From: Callorhinchus milii
Taxonomy: Eukaryota
Length of the DNA stretch: 64,000 bases
Assembly: GCF_018977255.1 (NCBI RefSeq)
Contig: NW_024704742.1
Span: 94,490,001 to 94,554,000 of the forward strand
Direction: 5' to 3'
The translations under genes and the position numbers were made by a program. Below the pieces are notes generated by a model. The model saw only the letters and a program-made list of their open reading frames with translations, did no database searches and was not told where the DNA came from. This document shows positions 10,762-22,235 of this stretch, piece by piece. Within the stretch, counting starts at the first letter, position 1. Each line of letters starts with the position of its first letter.

Positions 10762-13324
10762 CTGAAATCATTTAGAGAGAACACACGGTTACAAACACAT
10801 CGTTTATTTATCTCTGGAGTTTCTATGTATAGGTGTGTCAGCCACAGTGGGATAGTTACCAATTATAAATTAATTCATTTATTTTAAGACTGCATTGAGA
10901 ATTCGCCTAATTCTGTATCTTCTAAAATACTAAGAAAGTCTTGGCCAAGGTAGAATTGCTCTTCCAACCCTGAACATGAAAATAAATTTTAAAAAGATTG
11001 AAAAAGAGGGTAAATGTTATCTCTAGAGAAGAAGAAGAGGCTTGAAGAGAGAAGACATTTATCTGTATGAATATTTTGTTATTATTGTACAATTACCTTT
11101 GGGCAGTAGTGCCCAGGGGAAGAATATGTGTCTTTGTGATGCCTTTAATCTCACATTATCTTTAAAAATATAGAAAATTGTCTTCATTCAGTCTTGAAAA
11201 GAGACGTATCAGAGGGAACCTTATAAGAGTATAGAAGATTTTACATGGGATTGGGAAAGTAAACTCAAAACAATACTTGTGTTTGCACCAAGACAGCAGA
11301 ACAAGAGAGTACAGATTTAGAGTTGCAAAGAACAATTTCAGGACATGCCATCTTGCATCTAATACTCTCTGGAATTAGATAAGCAGGATGCATCCCTCCA
11401 GGGAGAGAGTGTCCATGTATAGGTGGGATGCATGGAATTCTCAGTTTGGATTGGATTCTTAAATACAGTGATGGGTTTCTGCATGTGTCAGACCAAATTT
11501 TATACATATATATCGTCTTTATAGCAACTGTTTATTGCAGCTTGGTTAAAATGCATCTACTTAAAGTATGTGGTAACTCCAAGAAAAGATAACATAGATG
11601 CTGCAAATTTCTATGGAGCACAATAAAAACAAATTTAAAAAGAAAATATTTGATTATTTTCACCTTAGCAATATAACACATTTTGCAACAATGTTCTCAA
11701 GTCTAACACCATGGGTCAGAGGTGATAAGGCTGCTATCACTATCAGTATGCCTGCTTTGAAATGGCCTTAAACATTAACATATTTGGACTTTTAAACCTG
11801 TTCACAGTGGTCAATAGTTATACTGGAAACAATTTCCTACTAAGACCCACTCTTAAACTAGGAACAGCACTGAACTGAAAAGGCTGCTGAGAAGATGAGA
11901 AAAATATCAACAGCGATTGCCCTCATCCTACCACCACCAGAATCGATGACCTTTCTAAATCAAAGGGAAGTTTTATCAAAAGCATGAATGAAAAATGTTG
12001 CCTGATGTTATCTCTGGCCACTGGTTTCTGCCATGGGTAAACAGAATTATCTCAGCTAAAGGGGAAAAGGTCTTAAACGCAATGATTCTCAATGGAAACC
12101 AGAAGTATTAATCATACTAATCGAAGAGAACTCTGCTTCAACACAATTTACTTTCAGAATACAATCCCTTTAGCACGGTGTGTAGTGTATTTGAATTTCA
12201 GAAGGAGTAGCCACTCAGATTCCTAATGGAATCCCATTACAAATTGCCGTACGTTAAACCGCATTATCTTCAAAGTATCCCATGTGAAACCTGCCCTTTT
12301 ATTACAGTGATTTAAGCTATTATTAGTATTGCTGCCTCAATACAAGATGCAGTTGTGTATCAAGCTGAGATTCATGATCCTCACATCATTCATTGATTCC
12401 CTCACAAAATAAAACATGTCAAAGAGATCAGGGTAGCTCTATCACGTGGTCTTAACTCTAATCCTAAGAGAAACTCAGTTCCGAGGATTGCATTGACACT
12501 AATTCAAAAAACCTTTATATGACTGCAAGCACAAGAACAATCTGAGTTGGAAAAGTAAGGCAATGTCTAATGTTTAAATAATAGGCCAACTATGCCCTAT
12601 ATGTAGATTATACCTTGAATATCTCACTGTAATTCAATTACTGTTATTCCTATTGATTTCCATTATGTCAGTATCAGAGGCTAATGCATATGCCCAATGT
12701 GGGAGCCAAATGATTTTCTCAAACTGGTCCAAATCTGACTGTTTCAATATTCTTCAGGTAATTATCAGTTGAGATTACTACAGGGGCATTTGTTTAATTA
12801 TCTCTGTTTACTGAAACTTCTCTCTGAGATAATACTGTAGCTGTGCCGCTTTCAGGTGAGAGGATGAAATGAGACTCAACCTCCAGTCCATTTCACCTAC
12901 AAAATACACAGTCAATGTCCTTTATAGATTCACCTTTGAAGCCCTTTGAGATATTTTTCCAACCTGAAAGGCACTATATCAAATCAACTTACTATTATTG
13001 TTAACTATGACCTGGTAACATCAAGCTATACTCTCATCTTCAAAATGCTCTGTAGTCAGATAAATTGTAGCTCTGTGGATGTGTGCTTAAATCCAACTAA
13101 AAGAATTGTACAAATTCTAATCTACTCCACAACAAATAGCAAAGATGAGTTACGTACTGGATGATACACATTACGGGTATTCAGCAGAAGAAAGAATCCT
13201 TATCCTTAATACTGATGTCTTAAAATTTAACATTGTGTGAAAATTTTTGAAAAATCTTAAATTCAGTCCATTTGGAAGGCGTTTTTTTTCTGCAATTCTT
13301 AAAAAAAAAATCCATTTTAGCTGT

Positions 13325-13765
13325 AACATTGCCTGACTCCGCCACTGACTCACCCCTCAGGCCATCGAAACCCACATACACGCATTCGTCACCTCAAGTC
13401 TCGACTACAGAAACTCTCTCCTTGTCGGCCTCCCCAACTCAAAATGCTCATCCTCACTTTCAAGGCCCTCTACGGCCTTGCCCCCTCCTACATCTCTGAC
13501 CTTCTGATTCCCTATCAACCTGTCAACTCCCTCCATTCAGCAGACTCCAACCTGCTCCATGTCTCCCGCCCGACCTGTCCTACCATCAGCGTCCAGGCTT
13601 TCAGCCTCTCTACCCCAACCATTTGGAACTCCATCCCACAATCCCTTTGCCTTGCTTCCTCCCTTGCCTCCTTCAGGCATGACTCAAGACCCCCTTTTTG
13701 ACCATGCCTTCAGCCACCCTCCAACCTTTCTGCCCTCCCTCATCCCACGCTCGGGTCCTGATCCA
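13325..13765 (+). mobile_element. L2 3' fragment
   Basis: LILTFKALYGLAPSYISDLL. Confidence 0.8.
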
Positions 13766-14047
13766 TGACTGTATTTTTGTGGGCAAAACGCGGCAGCCAA
13801 TTGCACACAGCAGTGTCCTACAAACAGTCATGGATTGAGTGACCAAATTATTATTATTTTTAAAAGAATTTTTTTGAAGGGCTTATTAACCCCGCAAAGC
13901 GAACCATCAATCGACCAACAACTGGATTCCTAGTTATTGCTAAGTTGATAGAGGAGTAAGGAAACTAGGCTAATATTTTGCCCTGCCCAAGAATCAAATC
14001 CTCTTGCTTGCGAGGTGATTGCCCTAACCAGTATGCTACAGGACTCC
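13766..14047 (-). mobile_element. Deu SINE, long form
   Basis: GGAGTCCTGTAGC head at 14047; Deu domain. Confidence 0.75.
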
Positions 14048-16574
14048 ACAATATGTAGCAAAACACCATCACAGAATAAAAACACAAGAGTCAAGAACTG
14101 AGCGTTCCAAGGATAGAACTATCATGAATAATTCAGAAAGAGTTTAGTTCCCCGGAGTGCAGTGATTGATGCTCAAGTTGAACCTGTGAATCATTCTTTA
14201 AGATCTAAAGTATTTGATGTGCATGTGTGAAATGAAATGTTACAACACAGATTGGAGAATAATGTGACCCCCCCCTCCATATTAAATTGCAAAGAATAGA
14301 ATATATTGAAAACCATTGAAATGCCATCATACATATCAAAAACACTATTAATCTAATAGATTTAATAGCTCATTATGAAGGAACTTGGTGTTGATTATTT
14401 TCTTATGTAGAACTTGATCTAGTAGTGTGCCATCCACCCACATGTTGCATGTTAGTATTCACAGCTATGAGATTTTTCTTGAGTACTTAACATTTTTCAT
14501 TGGTAGGTGGTTTTGTTACGTAGGTGTAATTGCAGCACTTGAAGTAACTGTCATTTCCAGGCCTGTGTTTAAAATGTTTCAATGAAATATGGAATTGTGG
14601 AAACTTATAAGACATTAAATGGGATGGTAAAGTAGAATCATATTTTCAGATAGACCAAGGCAGATGGGAAGCAGGTGTAGGTTCAAGGCTGGGAAGGACA
14701 ATTTGAGGACAGCTGCCAGGAAATATTTCTCTGCACAGAAGGGAATTAACAGCTGGAATGGACTACCAGCACAGATAGTAGAGGTTAGGACAATGAACTT
14801 TAACAGCTTCATGCTGCTAGTCAAGTCAAATGATGGGTGAGGAACCAAGTAGAGTATAAAATGCTCAAGCCCCACATCACGACATGAGCTCATAGTCTAA
14901 GCTGACACACCAGTGAAGTGCTAGGGAGCATTTCATTGTGGGAGGTGCTGTCCACACTCATAGGGGAACTTCTATTAAAGATCCTATGGAACTATTTCAG
15001 ATGAAAAGTTGGTTTAATAAATAAAATAAATATCTCCTCATGTCCATGCCAATAATCCTCCAAATTCATTAAATGAGGCCGTTCATCTCATAGTTGTTTG
15101 TGGAATTTTGCTGTGTACAAACTGGCTGCCATGATTGCCCACTAAAAGTATCACTTAACTGTAATTACCTGCAAGTGCTTTCAGATGTTTCAACATGATA
15201 TTGTGCGGTTTCAAATGTAAATTATCATTTATTTTTATCTTTGTGATCTCTAGTAACCTGAGCCCAGTGCTCCCAGGATTGGGAGAATTCCTCAGCCTCA
15301 GCTCATCCCCTGCACTGCAAAGATGGACGATCACTGCACCCCTTCAACTAGTGTGTGAAGCCATCACTCAGAGGCTGTATCATGGTCACCTCGTCTGTAC
15401 AGATGCACTGTGCTGTCCTGTTCCTCAGCTGGTTGTCAAATGATGTGCAGAATACCTCTCTGTTCCAAACACTAATGAGCTGAATACAGTAATTGGTTTG
15501 GCATTTTGAAATCAATGCAGAAGTGACTGTCACCATTCATTCCACAGATTCATGAAGGTTAAACACAGATCGCTAAAATCCACGGTTGTTACAGAACTAT
15601 GGCTGAATATAAAAAAAAATGATCAGCACACATTTCAAATCCTTACACTGGTTATATTAAAACTTAGAATAAGCAACTACAGAATACTGTAAACATCAGT
15701 GCCGTCTTTCAAAGTTGCAATCCCATTGCAGTATCAACCGGATCAGCAATGGTCTGTATATCTGCATTCTTACAGCTGTAAGAATAGTAGTATTTGATTG
15801 ATGTGTTCATTAAAACACTTCATATGTTGAGCTAGTCCACCTGCTGCACTGCCAGAAACCTATTTCCTTACAAGGATCATAAAATGACTCTTGTCCCCAC
15901 AAAAAGACGATGAGCTCTCAATCCACAGTTTTCTTGCTGATTGTTCTTTTAAATGCTCACTTCTATAATACCAAGAGTGGCAATTTCGGGTTTGCTGCCT
16001 TTGAGATTTTACAAAATTGTGTCTGATTGTGTATCCGCTTTGAATAAAGATGGACCCTTGTTACGTGTTCCATTCACACATCAGTTTTCTATCCCACCCA
16101 AGCTTATGTACAAAGTGCAACAGACATTACGTTCCTCGGGTTCAGACATTCTGACCTTTATGCTCCACTGATACCTTTGTTTTCCTGCTGCATTAAACAG
16201 AGAATAGTCGCTGCTGAAACATGAAAAAAGCCTGGCTCAGTTGGGAGAACTTTCTTATCTTTGAATCAGAAAGTTCTGGGTTTAATTCCCATACGAGGAC
16301 TTGAAATTCATAGTCTATCCAGGCTGACACTCCGATACAGTGCTGGGAGTGCGCTGTATTTTAAATATCAACCATCCTCTTGGTTGAGTTCCTGTTGTCC
16401 TGGCCAACAATTTTCCCAGATTAAAAAAGGATTCCCATTGATTTATATTTAAGTTGTTTGGAAATTGGCTACCACTCCCACCTACAAACAAATACACAGT
16501 CATTGCACACTTCAGAAAAATGCTAATCACTTTTAGAAATTTGAACGTGCAAAGGTTATTATTGTCAGGCCAGA

Positions 16575-17920
16575 TATAAACTGCATTCCTCACCTTGGAG
16601 ACCTCTGCAAATTGCTGGCATCAAACCTAGTTCCCTTGTCAACTATAGACAGTCAAATTAGCAGTTCATATCTATTTTGCTTATAAGATAAATCAGACTC
16701 CATTAGTATCAAACTTGAAGATGGAGTTTTCAAGATGGAGCTGGAATGCACAAGAACAAAGAAAGTAATTATGCACAAATTAACACTGGGGCCAGAAATA
16801 TCATTTTGAAACTGAGGGCCTCCTCAGACATAATCTCTCACCTTTCCCACATCGATGAGATTGAAAAAGTCATTTCAGTAGTTTCCACAAGGCAGGCAAT
16901 TTAACTGATTCTGGATGGATCTTCAGCTCCTGTTGTGTGAGAGGTTACCTTTTGTCCAATATAGTCTTCTGGGGCAAGCTGTTCTTAAAGTGACAGAAAG
17001 CTACTTTTAAAACTGCTTCAATCCTGCTCCCCGGTAACCTCGTGAGTAAAGGCAACAACAACAACTTGCATTTATATAGCGCCATTCACGCGGGATAGTA
17101 TCTCGGAGCACTTCACAGTGTTGCATTAAGCACAATCAAAAAGGAAGATCTTTAAGTGGGATTTCAAGGTGAGGAAGGAGGGGCAAGGCAGAGGGATTGA
17201 GGGAGAGAGTTCCAGAGTTTTGGGGCATAGTGGGTGAAGGCACGGCCACAGATGGTGGAACGGAGGGCATGAGGGACAAACAGGAGGCCAGAGCCAGCCG
17301 AGTGGAGGCAGCGGGTGGTGGAGTGCCAGGTAAGCAGTTCAGATAGGTAAGGAGGTGCAAGGGCATGAAGGGATTTGAAAATGAGTGAGAGGATCTTCAA
17401 GTTGATTCACTCGGTGATTGGGAGCCAGTGGAGCCTGGCAAGGACTGGTGTGATGGGGGTATGGAGGTTTGTGCGGGTGAGTATCCGTCCAGCGGAATTT
17501 TGGATTAATTGGATTTTGTGTATGGTGGAGCTGGGAAGACCAGTGAGGAGAGCATTGGAATAGTCCAGCTGGGAAGTGACGAAGACATGGACGAGGGTTT
17601 CAGCTGCATTGGTTGTGAGGTACAGACGGAGGCGGGCAATGTGGCGGAGGTGGAAAAGAGCGATCTTGGTCAGAGAATGGATGTGTGGTAGAACTGTGGT
17701 AGGCACTATGCAGCACTGAAACAAGCTGTCCAGAATTGCTTCCTCATTTCCTAACCATTCCAGCCTCAGATCCCCTTTCGAAGTTTGATACTAATGGGGT
17801 CTGATTTTTCTTATTCACGGAATGGATGGCAACACTAATTGGAGTCTATATGGTTTTTCTGGGAGCTGGCATTAGAGCAAACAATTTCCAGAGGCCTCCA
17901 AGGTGTGAAGACCAGTTACA
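16575..17920. repeat. Diverged inverted repeat pair (16575-16790 and 17715-17920) enclosing an L2
   Basis: For example aagtttgatactaatgg(a/g)gtctgattt and caattt(g/c)cagagg(t/c)ctccaaggtg occur on opposite strands. Confidence 0.7.
17053..17695 (-). mobile_element. L2 3' fragment (older subfamily)
   Basis: VTSQLDYSNALL...ITPVLARLHWLP. Confidence 0.85.
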
Positions 17921-18726
17921 TACATGTGTGGTTTATGACCACGAGTGCAATGTATAAAATTTGGGCTGATTGTTATATACTGTATTTTTGTGGGATATTG
18001 CTGTGCGCAAACTGACTGCTGCAGTCGCCTATGGGTTACACAGTTACTACACATTATAGTAAATCCTTTGAAGCATTTTGAGACATTATCCCAACATGAA
18101 AGGGGCTATATCAAATGCAAGGATTATTATTTTATTCTAACTGTGGCCAACATATGTAAGTAAATTAGGCGACGGCTGAAATATCTTTTGATGGATGGTA
18201 TACCTTAGCTCCTTACACCAGATCCAACAAAAAGGTTAGAACAATGCATATTATGGACAGTCCAGCCTAGCAGTACAATAATTGGATGTTAGCAACCACT
18301 GAATAATCCTTTTGTTAGATAGCATCTGAAAGGATTGAAGAGATTTAAAAGAGGTGCTTGTGTGATAGGTTTTCTTTGATACATTTTCATTTGTATCAGT
18401 GATATGGTTCTAAAGTCTTAATTGAATTAAGTTGATTTCTCTACAATTAGATATTGTATTGTGTGTAATAATAGTAATCCTTGTGTTTGATATAGATTAC
18501 ATCATTGAGACTTCTGTAAACGTTTCACAGAATATACTGTAAAGTGATATGGGCGAACGTAACAGCCAATTTGCACTCAGCAATGTCCACAAAAACAGTT
18601 GTGGAGTAATTGATGATTTTTTTTGTGGGGGGGTTGGGGGGGATTGTTCGCCAGGTGTATATATACATATAACAGAAATATGGGCTGAAACTTATGTGCT
18701 TGGAATAGCATTATTAGTAATAATTC

Positions 18727-18790
18727 TCACATTGACCAAATTTTCACATTGACCAAATTTTCACATTAACCAAATTTTCACACTGACCAA
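18727..18790. repeat. 17-bp tandem repeat (cacattgaccaaatttt), about 3.5 copies
   Basis: Read directly from the sequence. Confidence 0.85.
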
Positions 18791-19004
18791 CAGCAGTAAA
18801 CAGTTATCACTAACTTCATGGGGAGATGTTCACATCAAGTCCAGTAATAACTGTTGACGACAATGATTGCATTTTTTGTCGTTACAATTCTCACAAGTGA
18901 CAACATCACATTTTGTAATTTTGACAAATATTATTTCTTAACACTGGGACTCCTTGTTTTCAGTTTTTTATTATACAGTAATTTTTTTTCATTTTAATCT
19001 TTCT

Positions 19005-19232
19005 CTTTCTCTTTGACCGAGCCTTCAGCTCCCCTCTCGACTCTCTTCCCCCTCCTCGCTCCCTCCCTTCCCTCCCCTCACCCTGACCATTTCCCCCCTC
19101 CTCGCTCCCTCCCTTCCCTCCCCTCACCCTGACCATTTCCCCCCTGCTCGGGTCCTGACCCAACTGTGCAGCGCCTTGGGACGTCCTCCTGACGTGAAAG
19201 GCGCTTTATAAATGGAATCTTGTTGTTGTTGT
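19005..19232 (+). mobile_element. Young L2 3' UTR and tail
   Basis: Reverse complement of 5760-6000. Confidence 0.88.
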
Positions 19233-21548
19233 TCAGTTCTGTTTATGTTACATACTTGTATGCAAAATACTGTGCTACTGAAAAGCTTTGACAAGACAGC
19301 AAATTATTCTAATTAGTGGTTATTATGACAAAATGAATGGTTAATATGAACCTTCTTCAAGATCTGACAGTTGTTTTATTTTGTTTGCTGGTGACCATGG
19401 AGATAAAAATTGATTAAAGCCGCTTGTTTCTCTTAGTGTGCAACTAATAATACAAAAGGGCAACTTCACAGTTTTTCCCTATTAATGATGGGTCAAAATA
19501 TTCACCTTCACAGAACATGAACATGATTATTAAAAAATAATTTGAAACTCAATTGATGTGGTTTCTAAAGCTAATTTTCACATGTTTAAAGTAAATCTTC
19601 ATTTTATTTTCTAACCAAGGAGTGAAAGAGATCTCTGCCCATATTTCTCTGTCCATTTTGTTTCTATGATTTGCCTTAATTTATTCAAAATAACTCATAC
19701 ATTCAGAAGTCTGACCATTGGAGCGAAACAAACATATTAGCTGATTCAAGTAAAATGGAGCATGAATTTCTTCATTCCAGATTGTTCAGGGAGCAAATTG
19801 CTGATGCAAGGTGTTAAGATGTCTCACCTGGAAGGAATAGGTTTCACACTCAAAATAGATTTACACTTTACCATATAAAATTGTTACAGAAAAGTACTGT
19901 CTTGTTTCACCAATGTGCATCAAATAAATCTCAGTGTTTCCCATGAATCACTAAACACCGAAGTTTCATGTTTTAGGATTGAGACTGAATGAAGATTGCA
20001 GTTTAACATATAAATTTTAGATTGTATTTGATCATCTTTAAACATAAGCTTGTACAATATCATATCCAGGCCACACTTGTAATATTGAATACCCCATTAA
20101 TATCAAGAAAAGGTTTCAGAAGGATGTTACCATTGCATGAGGGGATAACAACAACAACAAAATTACATTTGTAAAGTGCCTTTCACGTCAGGATGACGTT
20201 CGAAGGTGCTGGAAAGCCGTAAAGTGTGACTTGAGAAGTTACAGAGTTTTTTTTCCCCTAAAGTTAAAGAGGTTAAGGGGTGACCTAACAAATCTTAAAA
20301 ATTATGAAGTATTATAATAGGCTAAATAGAAAAAAGTTCTACTGGTCAGGAAATGAAGGGATCTATCTGAATGTCTCTTGGCAGGGATCTTGAGTTGATA
20401 GCATTGCCACATGATTAACAATCATTCATAACTACCACAGTCCCATTTAAACCCGAGTTGTAGTTTGAAATTCTATATTGCACAATACATTTAAGTGGAA
20501 TTATTCTTACAATTGCAATGTTAATCACAATTTTACATGTCTTGTGATTTAGTATGCAGCAATTTCAATGGGATTCCTTAAGAAGTCAACTGAGTAGATC
20601 ACCCCTCCAACATCCAGAAGTGTGTCATGCATGTCACCCTAACCTGCGGGAACAACTACCACCCAATGATGTTAGTTTCAGTGTGTCAGCATCATGGCAG
20701 TAACTCCTTGGTTTCAGGATTTGTTTGTTTAATTCTCACTGAGATTAATCCAAGTGCAACAGAACTCTGTGCATGTATCTTTACATAGTTCTGAAATGCA
20801 GAAAACTAACTTCCAGATTTATGCGTAATTTTACTGGTTATTTACTGGTTGCGGGAGACCAGTAAAAGGGTTTGCTTTCAGCCTGAAGACCCCAAAACAT
20901 AAACTACGTAGATTGGAAGATTTGGACCTCAATCTGTCCACTCTCTCTCCTGTCAGTTGTTTTATTCATAGAGTTGGTAACAGCAGAACTATGTTGCGTT
21001 CAGACTTGAGCCACCTCTGTCGTGATTGCTGTATGAAGCATTCCTCCCACAGTGAAGACCCTTCTAATAATAATTCTTGCATTTGATATTGCACCTTATC
21101 ATGTCTTGAGTCGTCTCAAGATACCTCTTGATTACTGGGGTCTGTAGAAAACCCAAGTTTCTGTCAACAGATACTTTCTGTGCATGAAACTCCGAACTTA
21201 CATTTCGCCCACAAAATATAGTCAATTCACTTTACAATGTATTCTGTGAAGATCTTTGAGATGCCTCAACAATATTCTATATTTCAGCGCCTTGGGACGA
21301 CCTCTCGACGTGAAAGGCTCAACACAAATGTAATTTTGTTGTACTTTGTTGTTGTTATATCAAATGCAAGGATTATTATTATATCCGCACCGGAGTGCAC
21401 TCCGTGATAGGCTGCGGTCATGGCAAATGGTTTCTTTAGTTTAACTAATTTATTGGTTTTCATCGGAGGGAGAGAGCGAGAAAAAATCAAACCCGAATTT
21501 GAGAACAGAGAAGCACAGATCGGGTTTCTCAGAGATTAAAAATAGGTG

Positions 21549-21643
21549 ATTTTCTTATAGACTCTGAACTTGCGGGTCTGTTCCTGAGAGTCTGAGAGCG
21601 AATCCCAGGAACAGACCCGCAAGTTCAGAGTCTATAAGAAAAT
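21549..21643. repeat. Perfect 38-bp inverted repeat with 19-nt spacer upstream of KISS1R
   Basis: attttcttatagactctgaacttgcgggtctgttcctg / caggaacagacccgcaagttcagagtctataagaaaat. Confidence 0.95.
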
Positions 21644-21644
21644 A

Positions 21645-22018
21645 GACTGGGGGGGTGTGGGGGGGTGGGGGGGTGAGCGAGGTCTGGCTGTCAATCCATC
21701 AATCTCACTCTCCAAGTGGGGGAAAAAAAACTGCACCTCTCTCTGATGTCAGAGCAGAAAAACGAGAGCCATTTATTTGAAGGCGGTTTCGAGTGCAACA
21801 CATTGAGAGAGAGAGAGAGAGAGAGGGAGAGAGCATCACCATCATCAGGTAGTGCTGCTGCTGCTCTCCCTGAGCACTGCCCACAACCGGGTCGATGTGC
21901 TGACCCTCTGCAAACCTCTGCTCCAGGATCCGAGAGGGAGAGGGAGGGGGGAGAGGGAGAGGGAGGGCTTGTCCTGGGCTGAGAGCACTCGGTGCTGGGA
22001 GCGGACTCCCCGGACCCG
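21645..22018 (+). promoter_or_regulatory. Putative KISS1R promoter/5' UTR with G-tracts and (GA)n
   Basis: G runs at 21649-21673, (GA)n at 21805-21832, rising CpG density into exon 1; the TSS cannot be placed. Confidence 0.45.
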
Positions 22019-22235
22019 ATGCTGGAGCTGCTGAACGGCTCTCGGGCCACTCGCTGCCCGGGGTCCGGGGGGTGCAATGGGACGCGGGGGGAGAGTCCGC
22101 CGCTGCTGGTGGACGCCTGGTTGGTCCCTCTCTTCTTCGCTCTCATCATGTTGGTGGGGCTGGTGGGCAACTCGCTGGTCATCTACGTGATCACCAAACA
22201 CAGGCAGATGAGGACAGTCACTAACTTTTATATCG
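22019..22235 (+). CDS. KISS1R: KISS1R exon 1 (N-terminus with NGS/NGT sequons, TM1)
   Basis: ATG at 22019; MLELLNGS...VTNFYI; donor G|gtaaat after 22235 (phase 1); GC/CpG-rich. Confidence 0.95.

Noticed and set aside
15253..15443. Acceptor-like site followed by an open frame
   Set aside because: No recognisable homology and no partner exons; the pyrimidine tract is a SINE tail.
21283..21303. ttcagcgccttgggacgacc resembling a REST/RE1 site upstream of KISS1R
   Set aside because: It is the ordinary L2 3' tail; the spacing and right half-site do not fit RE1.
1..21500. ISCA1 exons expected from synteny
   Set aside because: I recognised no ISCA1 motifs (GCNGLSY, TCGCGESF) in the window.
21691..22201. 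Antisense ORFs of 118-163 aa over KISS1R exon 1
   Set aside because: By-products of GC-rich coding sequence and the GA repeat.
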